The notes: a model not told the origin generated them from the sequence alone. DNA of 64,000 nucleotides from an uncultured delta proteobacterium (GCA_963724765.1 CAVRVY010000004.1:96001-160000); one strand, 5' to 3'. Counted from the stretch's first letter, positions 48,407 to 59,387 are shown. Made by a program: numbers and translations.

Positions 48407-49525
48407 ATGGCTAGTCCAGCTGCAACACTGCCACATGTCGCTCCAGTCGCCAGCCGAGCCCAGAGCGAATCGGCGCGGTTCTATTTACCGGAATTGGACA
48501 GTCTGAGGTTTCTGGCATTTCTTGCGGTATTTTCCTTTCATACTTGCGAAATTTTAGGAGCGCCGTTTGCGCGAATCTGGTTCGCGGGCCGCTTTGGGGT
48601 GGATCTTTTTTTCACTCTGAGCGCCTATTTGATCACTGAGCTGCTCATGCGCGAGAAGGAGCGGTTCCACCAAATCGATATTAAATCGTTTTACGTTCGC
48701 CGCATCCTCAGAATTTGGCCTTTGTATTTCACCTTTCTCGCCATTGCCTTTGTTTATTTCCTAACGCACCCGGCCTACGGAGTCCACTTAATATATTTTG
48801 CGACCTTTGCGGCCTTTGTAGGCAATCTCGCATGTGCGTGGTGGGGCGCTCCAATCCTCGTGATAACAGTACTTTGGAGCGTGTCAATCGAGGAACAATT
48901 CTACCTGGCCTGGCCATTGCTGGCAGCCCGGCTTTCCCGCCGTGGAGTGGCTATTGCAGGCGTGATATTATTGATATTCTGTGCGGCTGTCCGATGGGAG
49001 CTCACACGTCGTTCCCTTGCGTTTCACGTCATTGAGTACAGTACCTTCACGCGGCTCGATCCGATCGCAGGCGGCTTGCTGATGTCGGCGATTCTCGGCG
49101 GTTCCATTCCCTTGTGGCTTGCGCGTTGGCGCATTCCGCTGTGCGCGAGCGGGATCTATCTGTGGCTGGTTGCCTCGCTGTGCCTGTCCGGTGTCCCGAG
49201 CGCGACGAATGTCATGCTCGCCTATCCCGCGGTAGCGGTGGGGGCCAGCGCATTCATGCTCTCCGCACTAGGAGCGATTACGTGGATGCGAAATCCTTGG
49301 CTCATTTATCTGGGACGAATCTCATATGGCCTGTACGTTTACCACGCGGCCGCGCTTTTCCTGATCGTACCGATCTTGACGCCGCAGAGATGGCTGTTAT
49401 GTATCGTCGTCAGCTTGGCTGCCACAATTGTCGTAGCGGCGGCATCCTATCGCTGGCTCGAGAGTCCTTTTCTGCGGCTCAAGACGCGGTATCAACACGT
49501 CCGCTCGGCAGCGCCAGTAGTCTAA
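48407..49525 (+). CDS. Acyltransferase-3 (OafA-like) membrane O-acyltransferase
   Basis: LDSLR..A...V..FH, GVDLFF.LS.YLI, FYVRR.LRIWPLY, WSVSIEEQFY, LGRISYGLYVYH, SYRWLESP. Confidence 0.92.
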   Translation: MASPAATLPHVAPVASRAQSESARFYLPELDSLRFLAFLAVFSFHTCEILGAPFARIWFAGRFGVDLFFTLSAYLITELLMREKERFHQIDIKSFYVRRILRIWPLYFTFLAIAFVYFLTHPAYGVHLIYFATFAAFVGNLACAWWGAPILVITVLWSVSIEEQFYLAWPLLAARLSRRGVAIAGVILLIFCAAVRWELTRRSLAFHVIEYSTFTRLDPIAGGLLMSAILGGSIPLWLARWRIPLCASGIYLWLVASLCLSGVPSATNVMLAYPAVAVGASAFMLSALGAITWMRNPWLIYLGRISYGLYVYHAAALFLIVPILTPQRWLLCIVVSLAATIVVAAASYRWLESPFLRLKTRYQHVRSAAPVV

Positions 49526-49613
49526 ACCTGGCGCGGCGCCCCGAGCGGAGAGATTCCATCGCACATCCGAGTTACCGCCCTCTCCGAACCAAGCAGATTT
49601 TCGTTTAGACTTG

Positions 49614-50711
49614 ATGGCCGTGAGCGAGCAGATGCATCCCCAGCCACAATTCGCCGAGGCCACGCCGGCCGAGGCGCCGATTCGCGACGTGCGCGAGTTG
49701 ATGCTCGATGAGCTGGAGCAGTTCGTGTTCGCGGCCGGCGAGCGCGCTTTTCGCGCGCGCCAGGTGATGGAGTGGCTGTGGCAGCGCGGCGCGGATTCTT
49801 TCGATGCGATGTCAGACCTCGGCGCGGAGTTTCGCGCATACTTAAACAATCACTTTAGGATTAGTCCAACCCCTGCCGCCAGCGTGGCGAAATCGTCGGA
49901 CGGTACGCGCAAGCTGCTGCTCGCGCTCGGCGATGGCGAGGCGATTGAAAGCGTAATCATCCCGGCCGGCGAGCGGGTCACGCTGTGTCTGTCGAGCCAG
50001 GCCGGGTGCGCGATGGCGTGCGAGTTCTGCGCCACCGCGCTGATGGGGCTCCATCGTAATCTGACCGCCGCCGAAATTATCGGCCAGTTAGCCGCTGCGC
50101 GGCGCGAGCTCGAGCCCGGCGAGCAATTGACCGACTACGTTTTCATGGGGATGGGCGAGCCGCTGGCCAATTATCCTCGTCTCGCGCGCGCTCTCTCGAT
50201 CATGACCTCGGCGTGGGGGATGGGGATTTCGCCGCGGCGCGTGACCGTCTCGACCGTGGGTTTGGTGCCGGCGATGGAGCGGCTGCTGGCGGAGTTTCCG
50301 TCGGTCAACCTGGCGGTCTCGCTCCATGCGACGACGGATGAACTGCGTGACCGCCTCGCGCCGATCAACCGGCGCTATCCACTCAAGCGGCTTATCGAGG
50401 CGTGCCGCGCCCTGCCGATCAAACGGCGCGACCGCGTCACTTTCGAGTACGTGATGCTGGCCGGCGTCAACGACTCGCCCGCCGACGCGCGTCGGGTGGT
50501 GCGATTGCTGGGCCAGCTCAAGGCCAAGGTGAACCTGATCATCTTCAATCCGTTTCCGGGCGCGCCGTTCGCACCGTCCGCGCGCGCCGCGGTCGAGGGC
50601 TTTCAAGCGATCCTTCGGCAGGGTAACTTGACCGCTACAATTCGCGAGAGCCGGGGGCATGATATCGCGGCCGCCTGCGGACAGTTGTACGCGGAGCGGC
50701 AGTCCGGCTGA
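49614..50711 (+). CDS. rlmN: 23S rRNA/tRNA adenine C2-methyltransferase (radical SAM)
   Basis: DGTRKLL, CLSSQAGCAMACEFC, MGMGEP, SLHA, DIAAACGQL. Confidence 0.96.
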   Translation: MAVSEQMHPQPQFAEATPAEAPIRDVRELMLDELEQFVFAAGERAFRARQVMEWLWQRGADSFDAMSDLGAEFRAYLNNHFRISPTPAASVAKSSDGTRKLLLALGDGEAIESVIIPAGERVTLCLSSQAGCAMACEFCATALMGLHRNLTAAEIIGQLAAARRELEPGEQLTDYVFMGMGEPLANYPRLARALSIMTSAWGMGISPRRVTVSTVGLVPAMERLLAEFPSVNLAVSLHATTDELRDRLAPINRRYPLKRLIEACRALPIKRRDRVTFEYVMLAGVNDSPADARRVVRLLGQLKAKVNLIIFNPFPGAPFAPSARAAVEGFQAILRQGNLTATIRESRGHDIAAACGQLYAERQSG

Positions 50712-50730
50712 AGGAGCAGGGGCGCGAGCA

Positions 50731-51597
50731 ATGGGCAAGACCGTGCTGGGTGTGATCGGCGGGAGCGGCTTCTACCAGATGAAGGGGCTCACCGCGGTCG
50801 AGCAGATCGAGCTCACGACGCCGTTCGGCCGCCCCTCTGATCCATTCTTTCGCGGCAAGCTCGGCGAGTGCGACGTAGTCTTCCTCTCACGCCACGGCCG
50901 CGGCCATCGACTGATGCCCTCCGAGTTGAATTTCCGCGCCAACATATACGGCATGAAACAGCTCGGCGTCGATCACCTGGTCTCGGTCAGCACCGCCGGG
51001 AGCATGAAAGAGGAACTGCGGCCGGGCGACCTGGTAGTGCCCGATCAGTTCATCGACCATACCTTCAAGCGGCCGGCGACCTTTTTCGGCAACGGGATCG
51101 TCGCCCACGTCTCGCTCGCCGACCCGGTATGCGCGACGCTCGCGCGTGAGCTTGGCGAGTCGGCCGGCGAAGGCGGCACGACGGTCCATCGCGGCGGCGT
51201 GTATCTATGCATCGAGGGGCCGCAGTTTTCCACCCGCGCCGAGTCTAATCTTTACCGCCGCTGGGGGGCCGACGTGATCAGCATGACGGCGATGCAGGAG
51301 GCGCGGCTCGCGCGCGAGGCCGAGATGTGTTACGCGGCGCTGGTGCTGGTAACCGACTACGATTGCTGGCACCAAAGCGTCGCGGCGGTCGATATAAGCG
51401 AAATCCTGCGTGTGATGCGGCTCAATGTCGAGCATGCGCAGAAGGCCGTGGCAATCCTGGCGCGGCGGATCGCGTCGCGCGCGCGCGATTGTCCCTGCCC
51501 GAATGCGCTGCGCGACGCGATCATCACTGACCGTGCGGTGATTTCGCCCAAGGTGGCCGCCGATCTGCGGCCGGTAATCGGCAAATATTTGCAGTGA
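50731..51597 (+). CDS. mtnP: S-methyl-5'-thioadenosine phosphorylase
   Basis: GVIGGSG, TPFG.PS, RHG.GH, PDQFID, EGPQFSTRAES, VTDYDCW. Confidence 0.93.
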   Translation: MGKTVLGVIGGSGFYQMKGLTAVEQIELTTPFGRPSDPFFRGKLGECDVVFLSRHGRGHRLMPSELNFRANIYGMKQLGVDHLVSVSTAGSMKEELRPGDLVVPDQFIDHTFKRPATFFGNGIVAHVSLADPVCATLARELGESAGEGGTTVHRGGVYLCIEGPQFSTRAESNLYRRWGADVISMTAMQEARLAREAEMCYAALVLVTDYDCWHQSVAAVDISEILRVMRLNVEHAQKAVAILARRIASRARDCPCPNALRDAIITDRAVISPKVAADLRPVIGKYLQ

Positions 51598-51685
51598 AAC
51601 AGTGGCAGGGAAGCAGTGAAGCACGATCGTACTTGGTCGGCAAAACGAGGAGCGCGATGAGACAGGTTCCGGCGGATTTTATCGA

Positions 51686-52609
51686 ATGAGTATCGTGGTA
51701 GTCGGTTCGGTCGCCTACGACACGATCGAGACCCAACACAGCAGAGCCGATGAGGTGCTGGGTGGCTCGACCAGTTATTTTGCACTGGCGGCGCGCTTTT
51801 TTTCGCCGGTCAGCATCGTCGGCGCGGTCGGCACTGACTTTCGCGCCGAGGATCTGCGCCTGTTCACGGAACGCAATATCGACGTGCGCGGCCTGGAGCG
51901 GCGTGACGGCCTCACGATGCGCTGGCATGGGCGCTATCACGAGGATATGAACAAGCGCGACACGCTCGGACTGGCGCTCAACGTGTTCTCGGATTTCGCT
52001 CCCGACCTGCTGCCCGACCAGCGCCGCGCCGACTATGTCTTTTTGGGCAACATCGCACCCGAGCTGCAAAGCCGCGTGCTCTCGCAGGTGCAGAGCCCCA
52101 AGGTAGTCGCCGCCGACACCATGAACCACTGGATCGAGACCGAACGCCCGGCGCTGATGCGCCTGCTCGCGGGCGTCAATATCCTGACCCTGAACGACGA
52201 CGAGGCGCGGATGCTGAGCGGCGAACACAACCTGGTCCGCGCCGGCCGCGCGATCCTTAAGATGGGGCCGGACACGGTGCTGGTGAAGCGCGGTGAGTAT
52301 GGCGTGTTGCAATTCAGCTCGGGTGCGATGTTCGCGGTGCCGGCCTATCCGCTGGAAGAGGTGATCGACCCCAGCGGGGCGGGTGACACTTTCGCCGGCG
52401 GCTTCATGGGATTCCTCGCGCGCCATGGCCGCATGAGCGAACCGATCCTGCGCACGGCCGTGGTCTATGGCAGCGTCTTGGCGTCGTTCGTGGTCGAGCG
52501 CTTTTCGCTGGACCGGCTGGTGACGCTGACCTGGGAGGAAATCGACCAGCGCTACCGCGCCTTCATCGAGCTCACCGACTCGCAGTACACGCGATGGAAC
52601 TCTCGATAG
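51686..52609 (+). CDS. PfkB-family carbohydrate/nucleoside kinase
   Basis: VGSVAYD, LGGS, DTMNHWI, NDDEA, DPSGAGDTFAGG. Confidence 0.9.
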   Translation: MSIVVVGSVAYDTIETQHSRADEVLGGSTSYFALAARFFSPVSIVGAVGTDFRAEDLRLFTERNIDVRGLERRDGLTMRWHGRYHEDMNKRDTLGLALNVFSDFAPDLLPDQRRADYVFLGNIAPELQSRVLSQVQSPKVVAADTMNHWIETERPALMRLLAGVNILTLNDDEARMLSGEHNLVRAGRAILKMGPDTVLVKRGEYGVLQFSSGAMFAVPAYPLEEVIDPSGAGDTFAGGFMGFLARHGRMSEPILRTAVVYGSVLASFVVERFSLDRLVTLTWEEIDQRYRAFIELTDSQYTRWNSR

Positions 52610-53532
52610 TTGTTCCGCTCTACAACGAGCGGGATAACCTGGCTCCGTTGCACGAGGAACTCGCGCGCGTGCTCGGCGCCACAGCCGCTTCGTACGAGAT
52701 GCTGTTCGTCGACGACGGCTCGACCGACGGCAGCGCCGACGTGCTGCGCACGATCAAGGCTGGGGACGCGCGCGTCCGCGTTTTTCGGCTCGCGCGCAAC
52801 TCAGGACAGACCGCGGCGCTCGCCTGCGGCCTGCATCAGGCGACCGGCGACGTGGTGGTCGCAATCGACGGCGACGGCGAGAATGATCCGGCCGACATCC
52901 CGCGCATGGTGGCCAAACTCGCCGAAGGCTATGACCTGGTGAGCGGATGGCGCACGCAGCGATGGGCGGGCGCGCGCCTTAGCCGCCGCCTGCCGTCGGT
53001 CGCCGCCAACCGGTTGATCTCGTGGATGACCGGGGTGCGGCTGCACGACTACGGCTGCACGCTTAAGGCCTACCGGCGCGACCTCGCGCAGCGCCTGATG
53101 CTCTACGGCGAGATGCATCGCTTCGTCCCCGCGATAGCGGCCGAACAAGGCGCGCGTATCGCCGAGGTCGAGGTGAGTTTCCGTCCGCGCCGCACCGGCC
53201 AATCGAAGTACGGTCCCGGACGCATAGTGCGCACTTTTCTGGATCTTTTGACGGTCAAATTCCTTTCGGGTTACTCGACGCGGCCTATTCAGGTCTTCGG
53301 GGCGATAGGGCTGGTCGTGGGTCTGATCGGAGCGATGTGGACGGCTATACTGGTGTTCGAGAAGATCGTGCTGGGACGAACGCTCCACGATCGGCCCGCG
53401 CTGTTGCTGGCGATTCTGCTGGTGATCGTCGGCGTCCAGTTCATCAGTATCGGGCTTTTGGGCGAGATGCTGACGCGCACCTACCACGAATCGCAGGACA
53501 AGCCGGTCTACGTGATCAAAGAACAATTCTGA
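52594..53532 (+). CDS. GT2 glycosyltransferase (polyprenol-phosphate glycosyltransferase, ArnC-like)
   Basis: SIVVPLYNE, VDDGSTD, RNSGQTAA, DGD, HDYGC.LKAYR, two C-terminal TM helices. Confidence 0.92.
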   Translation: MELSIVVPLYNERDNLAPLHEELARVLGATAASYEMLFVDDGSTDGSADVLRTIKAGDARVRVFRLARNSGQTAALACGLHQATGDVVVAIDGDGENDPADIPRMVAKLAEGYDLVSGWRTQRWAGARLSRRLPSVAANRLISWMTGVRLHDYGCTLKAYRRDLAQRLMLYGEMHRFVPAIAAEQGARIAEVEVSFRPRRTGQSKYGPGRIVRTFLDLLTVKFLSGYSTRPIQVFGAIGLVVGLIGAMWTAILVFEKIVLGRTLHDRPALLLAILLVIVGVQFISIGLLGEMLTRTYHESQDKPVYVIKEQF

Positions 53533-53573
53533 GTTCGGGGAACGACTACTCAGTCCGAGGTTTTGGAAAACAG

Positions 53574-54881
53574 ATGAATATCGCAGTCGTGGGCACGGGT
53601 TACGTGGGGCTGGTCAGCGGAACCTGCTTTGCTGAGAGCGGCAACGAGGTCGTCTGCGTGGATATCGACGCCGCGCGAATCGAGCAGCTCAAGACCGGGC
53701 AAGTGCCGATCTATGAGCCTGGACTCGAAGAGCTGGTGCGGCGCAATATCAAGGAAGGCCGGCTTAGTTTCACCACCGAGATCAAGGACGCGGTCGGCGC
53801 CGCGATGGTGTCGTTCATCGCGGTCGGCACGCCGATGAGCAAGAACGGGGCAGCCGACTTAAGCGGCGTGTTACGCGCCGCCGAGGAGGTCGCAAAGGCG
53901 GTCGCCGGATACCATATCATCGCGATCAAAAGCACTGTGCCGGTCGGCACCAATGATCGCGTCCGCGAAATCGTGACCAAGGCCGTGACCCATCGCATCG
54001 ACGTATGCTCGTGTCCCGAGTTCCTCAAAGAGGGCTCGGCGATCGAGGACTTCATGCGGCCCGATCGGGTGGTAATCGGCTCGGCCAGCGAGCAGGCGAC
54101 CGCAATCCTGCGCGAACTGCACGCCGCCTTCCTGCGCACCGACAACCCGGTGATCGTGATGGACCCGCGCTCGGCCGAGCTGACCAAGTACGCCTCCAAC
54201 GCGATGCTGGCGATGCGCATTTCGTTCATCAACGAGATGGCGAATCTGTGCGAGGCGGTGGGCGCGGAGATAAGCGACGTGCGGCGCGGGATGGGCTCAG
54301 ACCGGCGAATCGGCTCGCAGTTTCTTTTTCCCGGCGCCGGCTACGGCGGCTCGTGCTTTCCCAAGGACGTGCAGGCCCTGGTCCACAGCGCCGCCGAGCA
54401 TAGCCTCGACTTCGCGCTGTTGCGCGCGACCGACGAGGTCAACATCCGCCAGAAACGGCTTGTCGCCGAGCGCGTCAAGCAGCATTACGGCCCCGACCTT
54501 CACGGCCGCAGCTTCGCGGTGTGGGGATTGGCCTTCAAGCCGCGCACCGACGACATGCGCGAGGCGCCGTCGCTCATAGTGATCGAGGAGTTGCTGGCGG
54601 CGGGCGCCAGCGTGCGCGCCCACGATCCCGAGGCGCTCGCCAGCGCGCGCCGCATCTTCGGCGACCGTATAAGTTATCACGAGAACAACTACGAGACGCT
54701 GGCCGCAGCCGACGCGCTAATCATCCTCACCGAGTGGCCTGAGTTCCGCCATCCCAACTTCCAGCGCATCCGCACGATGCTCAAGTCGCCGGTTATCTTC
54801 GACGGACGTAATCTCTACGACCCGGCTCTGATGAAAGCGCTGGAGTTTCGCTACTATTCGATCGGCCGTCGGCCGATCTAG
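53574..54881 (+). CDS. ugd: UDP-glucose/GDP-mannose 6-dehydrogenase
   Basis: GTGYVG, PIYEPGL, KSTVPVGT, PEFLKEG, GYGGSCFPKD, GLAFKP.TDDMRE. Confidence 0.94.
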   Translation: MNIAVVGTGYVGLVSGTCFAESGNEVVCVDIDAARIEQLKTGQVPIYEPGLEELVRRNIKEGRLSFTTEIKDAVGAAMVSFIAVGTPMSKNGAADLSGVLRAAEEVAKAVAGYHIIAIKSTVPVGTNDRVREIVTKAVTHRIDVCSCPEFLKEGSAIEDFMRPDRVVIGSASEQATAILRELHAAFLRTDNPVIVMDPRSAELTKYASNAMLAMRISFINEMANLCEAVGAEISDVRRGMGSDRRIGSQFLFPGAGYGGSCFPKDVQALVHSAAEHSLDFALLRATDEVNIRQKRLVAERVKQHYGPDLHGRSFAVWGLAFKPRTDDMREAPSLIVIEELLAAGASVRAHDPEALASARRIFGDRISYHENNYETLAAADALIILTEWPEFRHPNFQRIRTMLKSPVIFDGRNLYDPALMKALEFRYYSIGRRPI

Positions 54882-54905
54882 CCCGCACGGAAGAGGGAAT
54901 CGCGG

Positions 54906-55838
54906 ATGCGAGTACTGGTCAGCGGAGGAGCCGGCTTTATCGGCTCCCATACGGTTGACGCGCTGGCGGCGCGCGGCGGTCATGAAGTTTCCGTCATCGA
55001 CGATCTCTCGGCCGGCAAGCGCGAGCAGATAAACCCAAGCGCCCGCTTTTACCAAGCCGATCTGCGCGACGCGCCCGCCGTGCGCGGCGTGATCGAGCGC
55101 GAGCGGCCCGAGGTCCTGGTGCACCTGGCGGCGCAGATGGACGTGCGGCGATCGGTCGCCGACCCGGCCTTCGACGCGCAGGTCAACCTGGTCGGGTTTC
55201 TCAACCTGATGGAGGCCGGGCGCGAGTGCGGGCTGCGCCGCGTGGTCTTCTCCTCCACCGGTGGCGCGATCTATGGCGAGCAGGAATGCTTCCCGTGCGA
55301 CGAAGACCATCCGCTGCACCCGGTCAGCCCCTACGGCGTGGCCAAGCTGGCGACGGAAAAGTACCTGTTTTTCTACCGCGCGCAGTATGGGATCGATTAC
55401 GTCGCGCTGCGCTATTCGAATGTCTACGGCCCGCGCCAGGACCCGCATGGCGAGGCCGGTGTGGTCGCTATTTTTTGCGGGCGCATCCTCGAGGGCCGTC
55501 CGGTGACGATTTATGGCGACGGCGGACAGACCCGCGACTACGTGTTCGTCGCCGACGTGGTGCGGGCCAACGTGGCCGCGCTCGCAGGGCACGTGTCGGG
55601 CGCTTTCAACATCGGGACCGGGATTGAGACCAGCGTCAACCAACTCTACGAGGCGCTGGCGCGCACGGCGGGCACCAGTCGAGCGGCCGAGTTCGGCCCG
55701 CCGCGCGCGGGCGAACAGCGGCGCTCGGTTATTCTGCCCGAGCGCGCGGACCAGGAGTTGGGATGGCGCCCGCAGGTGGAATTGTCGGATGGGCTGGCGC
55801 AGACGCTGCGTTTCTTTCGCGATCGCGCGGCACGCTAG
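54906..55838 (+). CDS. NAD-dependent epimerase/dehydratase (GalE-like)
   Basis: GGAGFIGSH, HLAAQ, SSTGGAIYG, YGVAK, NVYGPRQ. Confidence 0.92.
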   Translation: MRVLVSGGAGFIGSHTVDALAARGGHEVSVIDDLSAGKREQINPSARFYQADLRDAPAVRGVIERERPEVLVHLAAQMDVRRSVADPAFDAQVNLVGFLNLMEAGRECGLRRVVFSSTGGAIYGEQECFPCDEDHPLHPVSPYGVAKLATEKYLFFYRAQYGIDYVALRYSNVYGPRQDPHGEAGVVAIFCGRILEGRPVTIYGDGGQTRDYVFVADVVRANVAALAGHVSGAFNIGTGIETSVNQLYEALARTAGTSRAAEFGPPRAGEQRRSVILPERADQELGWRPQVELSDGLAQTLRFFRDRAAR

Positions 55839-55932
55839 CCGAATGATGCTATGCTCGAGGATGGGCCGGCCGCCATCAGGGCGGCCGTCACTTTGTGCGC
55901 ATGTTTGTGAATGATCGATTTCGCGCTTGCCA

Positions 55933-57735
55933 ATGACTGACCCCACGCTCATCCGCAATTTCTCGATCATCGCGCATATCGACCATGGCAAATCCACGCT
56001 CGCCGATCGCCTGCTCGAGCGCACGGGCGCGCTCAGCAAGCGCGAGCTGAAGGAACAGTTCCTCGACTCGATGGATCTCGAGCGCGAACGCGGAATCACG
56101 ATCAAGGCCCGCTCGGTGCGGCTCAACTACACGGCGCGCGACGGCAAGACCTACGTGCTCAACCTGATCGACACGCCCGGCCACGTCGATTTCGCTTACG
56201 AGGTCTCGCGCAGCCTGGCGGCGTGCGAGGGCGCGCTGCTGGTGGTCGACGCCAGCCAGGGCGTCGAGGCGCAAACCCTGGCCAACGTCTACATGGCGCT
56301 GGACCACGGGCTCGAAATCGTGCCAGTGATCAACAAGATCGATTTGCCCGGCGCCGATGTCGATCGCACCCGCGCCGAAATCGAAGAGATAATCGGACTC
56401 GACGCGACCGGCGCCATCCTGACCAGCGCCAAGGAAGGCGTCGGCATCGAGGAGGTGCTCGAGGCCGTAGTCGGACAGATCCCGCCGCCGCGCGTCACGC
56501 CCGGAGCGCCCACACGCGCGCTTATTTTCGATAGTTGGTACGACGTCTACCAGGGCGCGATTGGCCTGGTGCGCGTGTTCGACGGCGAGCTGCGGCGCGG
56601 GATGCAAATCCATCTGATGGGCACCGGCAAGACGGGTGAGGTGATGCGGCTTGCGCACTTCACGCCGTTCGAGGCCGAGGTCGAACAACTCGGGCCGGGC
56701 GAAGTCGGGATGGTCGCGGCCAACGTCAAGACCGTGGCCGACATGCGCGTGGGCGACACCATCACCAGCGCCGAGCACCCGGCCACGCAAGCGCTGGCGG
56801 GGTTCAAGGAACTCAAGCCGATGGTGTTCGCGGGGCTTTATCCGACCGAGTCCAACCAGTATGGCGCGCTGCGCGAGGCGATCGACAAGCTGCGGCTCAA
56901 CGACGCCAGCCTGATCTTCGAGCCCGAGAGCTCGCAGGCGCTGGGCTTCGGCTTTCGCGCGGGGTTCCTCGGCCTGTTGCACATGGAGATCGCGCAGGAG
57001 CGCCTGGAGCGTGAGTTCGGGCTCAACCTGGTCATCACGGCCCCGACCGTCGCCTACCGCGTGCGCAAACAGGACGGCGAGGTCCTGATGGTCGACAATC
57101 CCTCGCGGCTGCCCGACGAGTCGGCGATCGAGGCGATCGAGGAGCCATTCATCCTGGCTTCGATCCACGTGCCGCAGGAGTACTTGGGCGCGGTGATGAG
57201 CCTATGCGAGGAGCGGCGCGGCTTGCAGCGCGACCTGCGCTTTGCCGGACGCGGCCGGGCGATCCTGCACTACGAGATGCCGCTGGCCGAGGTGGTCTTC
57301 GATTTCTACGATCGCTTGAAGTCGGTCAGCCGCGGCTACGCCTCGCTCGACTATGAATTTCTGGACTTCCGTGCTGGGTCTCTGGTTAAATTGGACCTTC
57401 GGATTAACGGAGACGTGCTGGACGCGCTCTCCGTAATCGTGCATCGTGACCGGGCCTATGAGCGCGGGCGGGTGCTGTGCGAGAAGATGCGCGAGCATAT
57501 CCCGCGACAGATGTTCGACGTGGCTATCCAGGCCTCGATCGGAGCCAAGATTATCGCGCGAGAGAGCGTCAAGGCGCTGCGCAAGAATGTGACGGCGAAG
57601 TGCTACGGCGGCGACATCACGCGCAAGCGCAAGCTGCTGGAAAAACAGAAAGAGGGCAAAAAGCGGATGAAGCAGGTGGGCAAGGTCGAAATTCCCCAAG
57701 AGGCGTTCCTGGCCCTGCTCAAAGTCGGCGAGTAA
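55933..57735 (+). CDS. lepA: Elongation factor 4
   Basis: [61 protein letters not shown]. Confidence 0.99.
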   Translation: MTDPTLIRNFSIIAHIDHGKSTLADRLLERTGALSKRELKEQFLDSMDLERERGITIKARSVRLNYTARDGKTYVLNLIDTPGHVDFAYEVSRSLAACEGALLVVDASQGVEAQTLANVYMALDHGLEIVPVINKIDLPGADVDRTRAEIEEIIGLDATGAILTSAKEGVGIEEVLEAVVGQIPPPRVTPGAPTRALIFDSWYDVYQGAIGLVRVFDGELRRGMQIHLMGTGKTGEVMRLAHFTPFEAEVEQLGPGEVGMVAANVKTVADMRVGDTITSAEHPATQALAGFKELKPMVFAGLYPTESNQYGALREAIDKLRLNDASLIFEPESSQALGFGFRAGFLGLLHMEIAQERLEREFGLNLVITAPTVAYRVRKQDGEVLMVDNPSRLPDESAIEAIEEPFILASIHVPQEYLGAVMSLCEERRGLQRDLRFAGRGRAILHYEMPLAEVVFDFYDRLKSVSRGYASLDYEFLDFRAGSLVKLDLRINGDVLDALSVIVHRDRAYERGRVLCEKMREHIPRQMFDVAIQASIGAKIIARESVKALRKNVTAKCYGGDITRKRKLLEKQKEGKKRMKQVGKVEIPQEAFLALLKVGE

Positions 57736-57744
57736 GGCGCCACC

Positions 57745-58479
57745 GTGGCTTCTCCCGGCAGCAGCAATCTCCGCAAGACCGGCCCCGGCGATACTCCGCC
57801 GTCGCGCCCGGTCGAGACCGTCGAAGCGCACGGCTCCGAGCTGCGCGAGTGGACCGAGGCGATCGTCATCGCCTTCATCCTCGCGATCATCCTGCGCACC
57901 TTTCTCGTCCAGGCCTATAAGATACCGTCGGGCTCGATGGAGCCGACGCTGGCGATCGGCGACCACATCATGGTCAACAAAATCCGCTACGGCCTGCGGA
58001 TGCCGGATTCGCTCTTCGGCCTTACCCCGTTTGCGGGGGAGATTCCTTACGGCCATTACCTGATCCATTTTGCGCCGGTCCATCGTGGCGACGTGGTGGT
58101 ATTCGTATTTCCGCTCGATGAGACCAAGGACTTCATCAAGCGCGTCATCGGGATCGGCGGTGACACGGTGCAGGTGAAAAACGGCCAGGTGCTCCTCAAT
58201 GGCGCGCCGATGCCCGATCCGCACGCGCACTTCGAGGTCGCATCCGGGGAGCGCTCGCAATATTCCCCGCGCGACAACTATGGCCCGGTGACGGTGCCGG
58301 CCGGCGAGTTCCTCATGATGGGTGATAACCGCGACCGTAGCTACGACGGCCGCTTCTGGGGATTCGTCAAGCTCGACCAGGTCGAAGGCCGCGCCATGTT
58401 CATATATTGGTCATGGGGTGCTGACAGCCAATCGCTCCTGGGCATACGCTGGAACAGGTTCGGTAAGGCGGTCAGATAG
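57745..58479 (+). CDS. lepB: Signal peptidase I
   Basis: TM, IPSGSMEPTL (Ser), FIKRVIG (Lys), GDNRD.SYDGRFWG. Confidence 0.96.
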   Translation: MASPGSSNLRKTGPGDTPPSRPVETVEAHGSELREWTEAIVIAFILAIILRTFLVQAYKIPSGSMEPTLAIGDHIMVNKIRYGLRMPDSLFGLTPFAGEIPYGHYLIHFAPVHRGDVVVFVFPLDETKDFIKRVIGIGGDTVQVKNGQVLLNGAPMPDPHAHFEVASGERSQYSPRDNYGPVTVPAGEFLMMGDNRDRSYDGRFWGFVKLDQVEGRAMFIYWSWGADSQSLLGIRWNRFGKAVR

Positions 58480-58497
58480 CGCGGAGCAGGGGGGCAA

Positions 58498-59202
58498 GTG
58501 CCAGTGTCGGATGAAGCCATTGACCGGGTGGGAGCGATGCTCGAGCAGTTGGGCGCGCGTTTCGAGCTGGTGCTTGAGGCCGTCTCCGGATTCGGCGGAC
58601 GGCTGGACGCGCTGCGCGAGGAAATCTTCGGACAGTTCACCGAGGTGGGACGGCAAATCCGTTTCCTCTCGGAACAGATTGCCGAGAACCGCGACGCTAT
58701 TGCGGGCGTGCGCTCCGACCTCGGCGCTGAAATTGTGCGTCTGGGCGAAACCCTGGGCGCCACCCGGGTCGATTTTCGTGAACAGTTGAGCGCGCTCAGG
58801 CTCGCGCTGCAAAACGAGATGGGCGTACGCGCAGCGCAGGCGCGTGACCAGCTCTCCGAGGAAGTCTCGCGCCGCGCGGAGGCGGTTCGCGTGCAGCTCG
58901 GCCAGGAAATCGACGTGTTGCGTGAGAGCCTGCGCTCCGACGGCTCGCGCCGCGTCCCCGCGGCGACGCGCGAGAGCGTCGATCGCGCAATCGGCGACGC
59001 TACTGCTCAGCTCAAAGCCGACGTCGTCAGCGCCGCCGAGTCGGTCACCAAGAAGCTGTCGGCCGAACTCAAGCAGACCAACAAAGCAGTGGCCGATCTG
59101 GCGCGCAAGTTCGAGCGCTTCGACGACCGTATCACGATCCAAAGCCGCGACCAGGAGCAGCGCGTGCGCAAGCTCGAACGCGGCGGGCGCAAGGCCGGCT
59201 AG
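58498..59202 (+). CDS. Hypothetical coiled-coil protein
   Basis: All-helical amphipathic repeats (VRSDLGAEI, LRLALQNEM, ARDQLSEEV, VRVQLGQEI); GC3-rich codon use. Confidence 0.75.
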   Translation: MPVSDEAIDRVGAMLEQLGARFELVLEAVSGFGGRLDALREEIFGQFTEVGRQIRFLSEQIAENRDAIAGVRSDLGAEIVRLGETLGATRVDFREQLSALRLALQNEMGVRAAQARDQLSEEVSRRAEAVRVQLGQEIDVLRESLRSDGSRRVPAATRESVDRAIGDATAQLKADVVSAAESVTKKLSAELKQTNKAVADLARKFERFDDRITIQSRDQEQRVRKLERGGRKAG

Positions 59203-59350
59203 ATTCCGGCTGCAGGGGTCGTTCACGCCTGGATGCGCCCCGGCGCTCGCGGCTGCTCGCGACGTTTATCAACAGGCGCCAGGTTATCCACAGATTGGCC
59301 GTCGTAGCCAAATCCGTCTGCGCGACGGTGCATCGTTTGCCAGCGTCAGC

Positions 59351-59380
59351 TTGACCGGCCCCTTGTCGCCGGTAGAAAAT
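59351..59380 (+). promoter_or_regulatory. Putative sigma70 promoter of the pyr operon
   Basis: TTGACC (59351-59356) and TAGAAAAT (59373-59380), immediately before the PyrR-binding hairpin. Confidence 0.55.
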
Positions 59381-59387
59381 AACTCAG

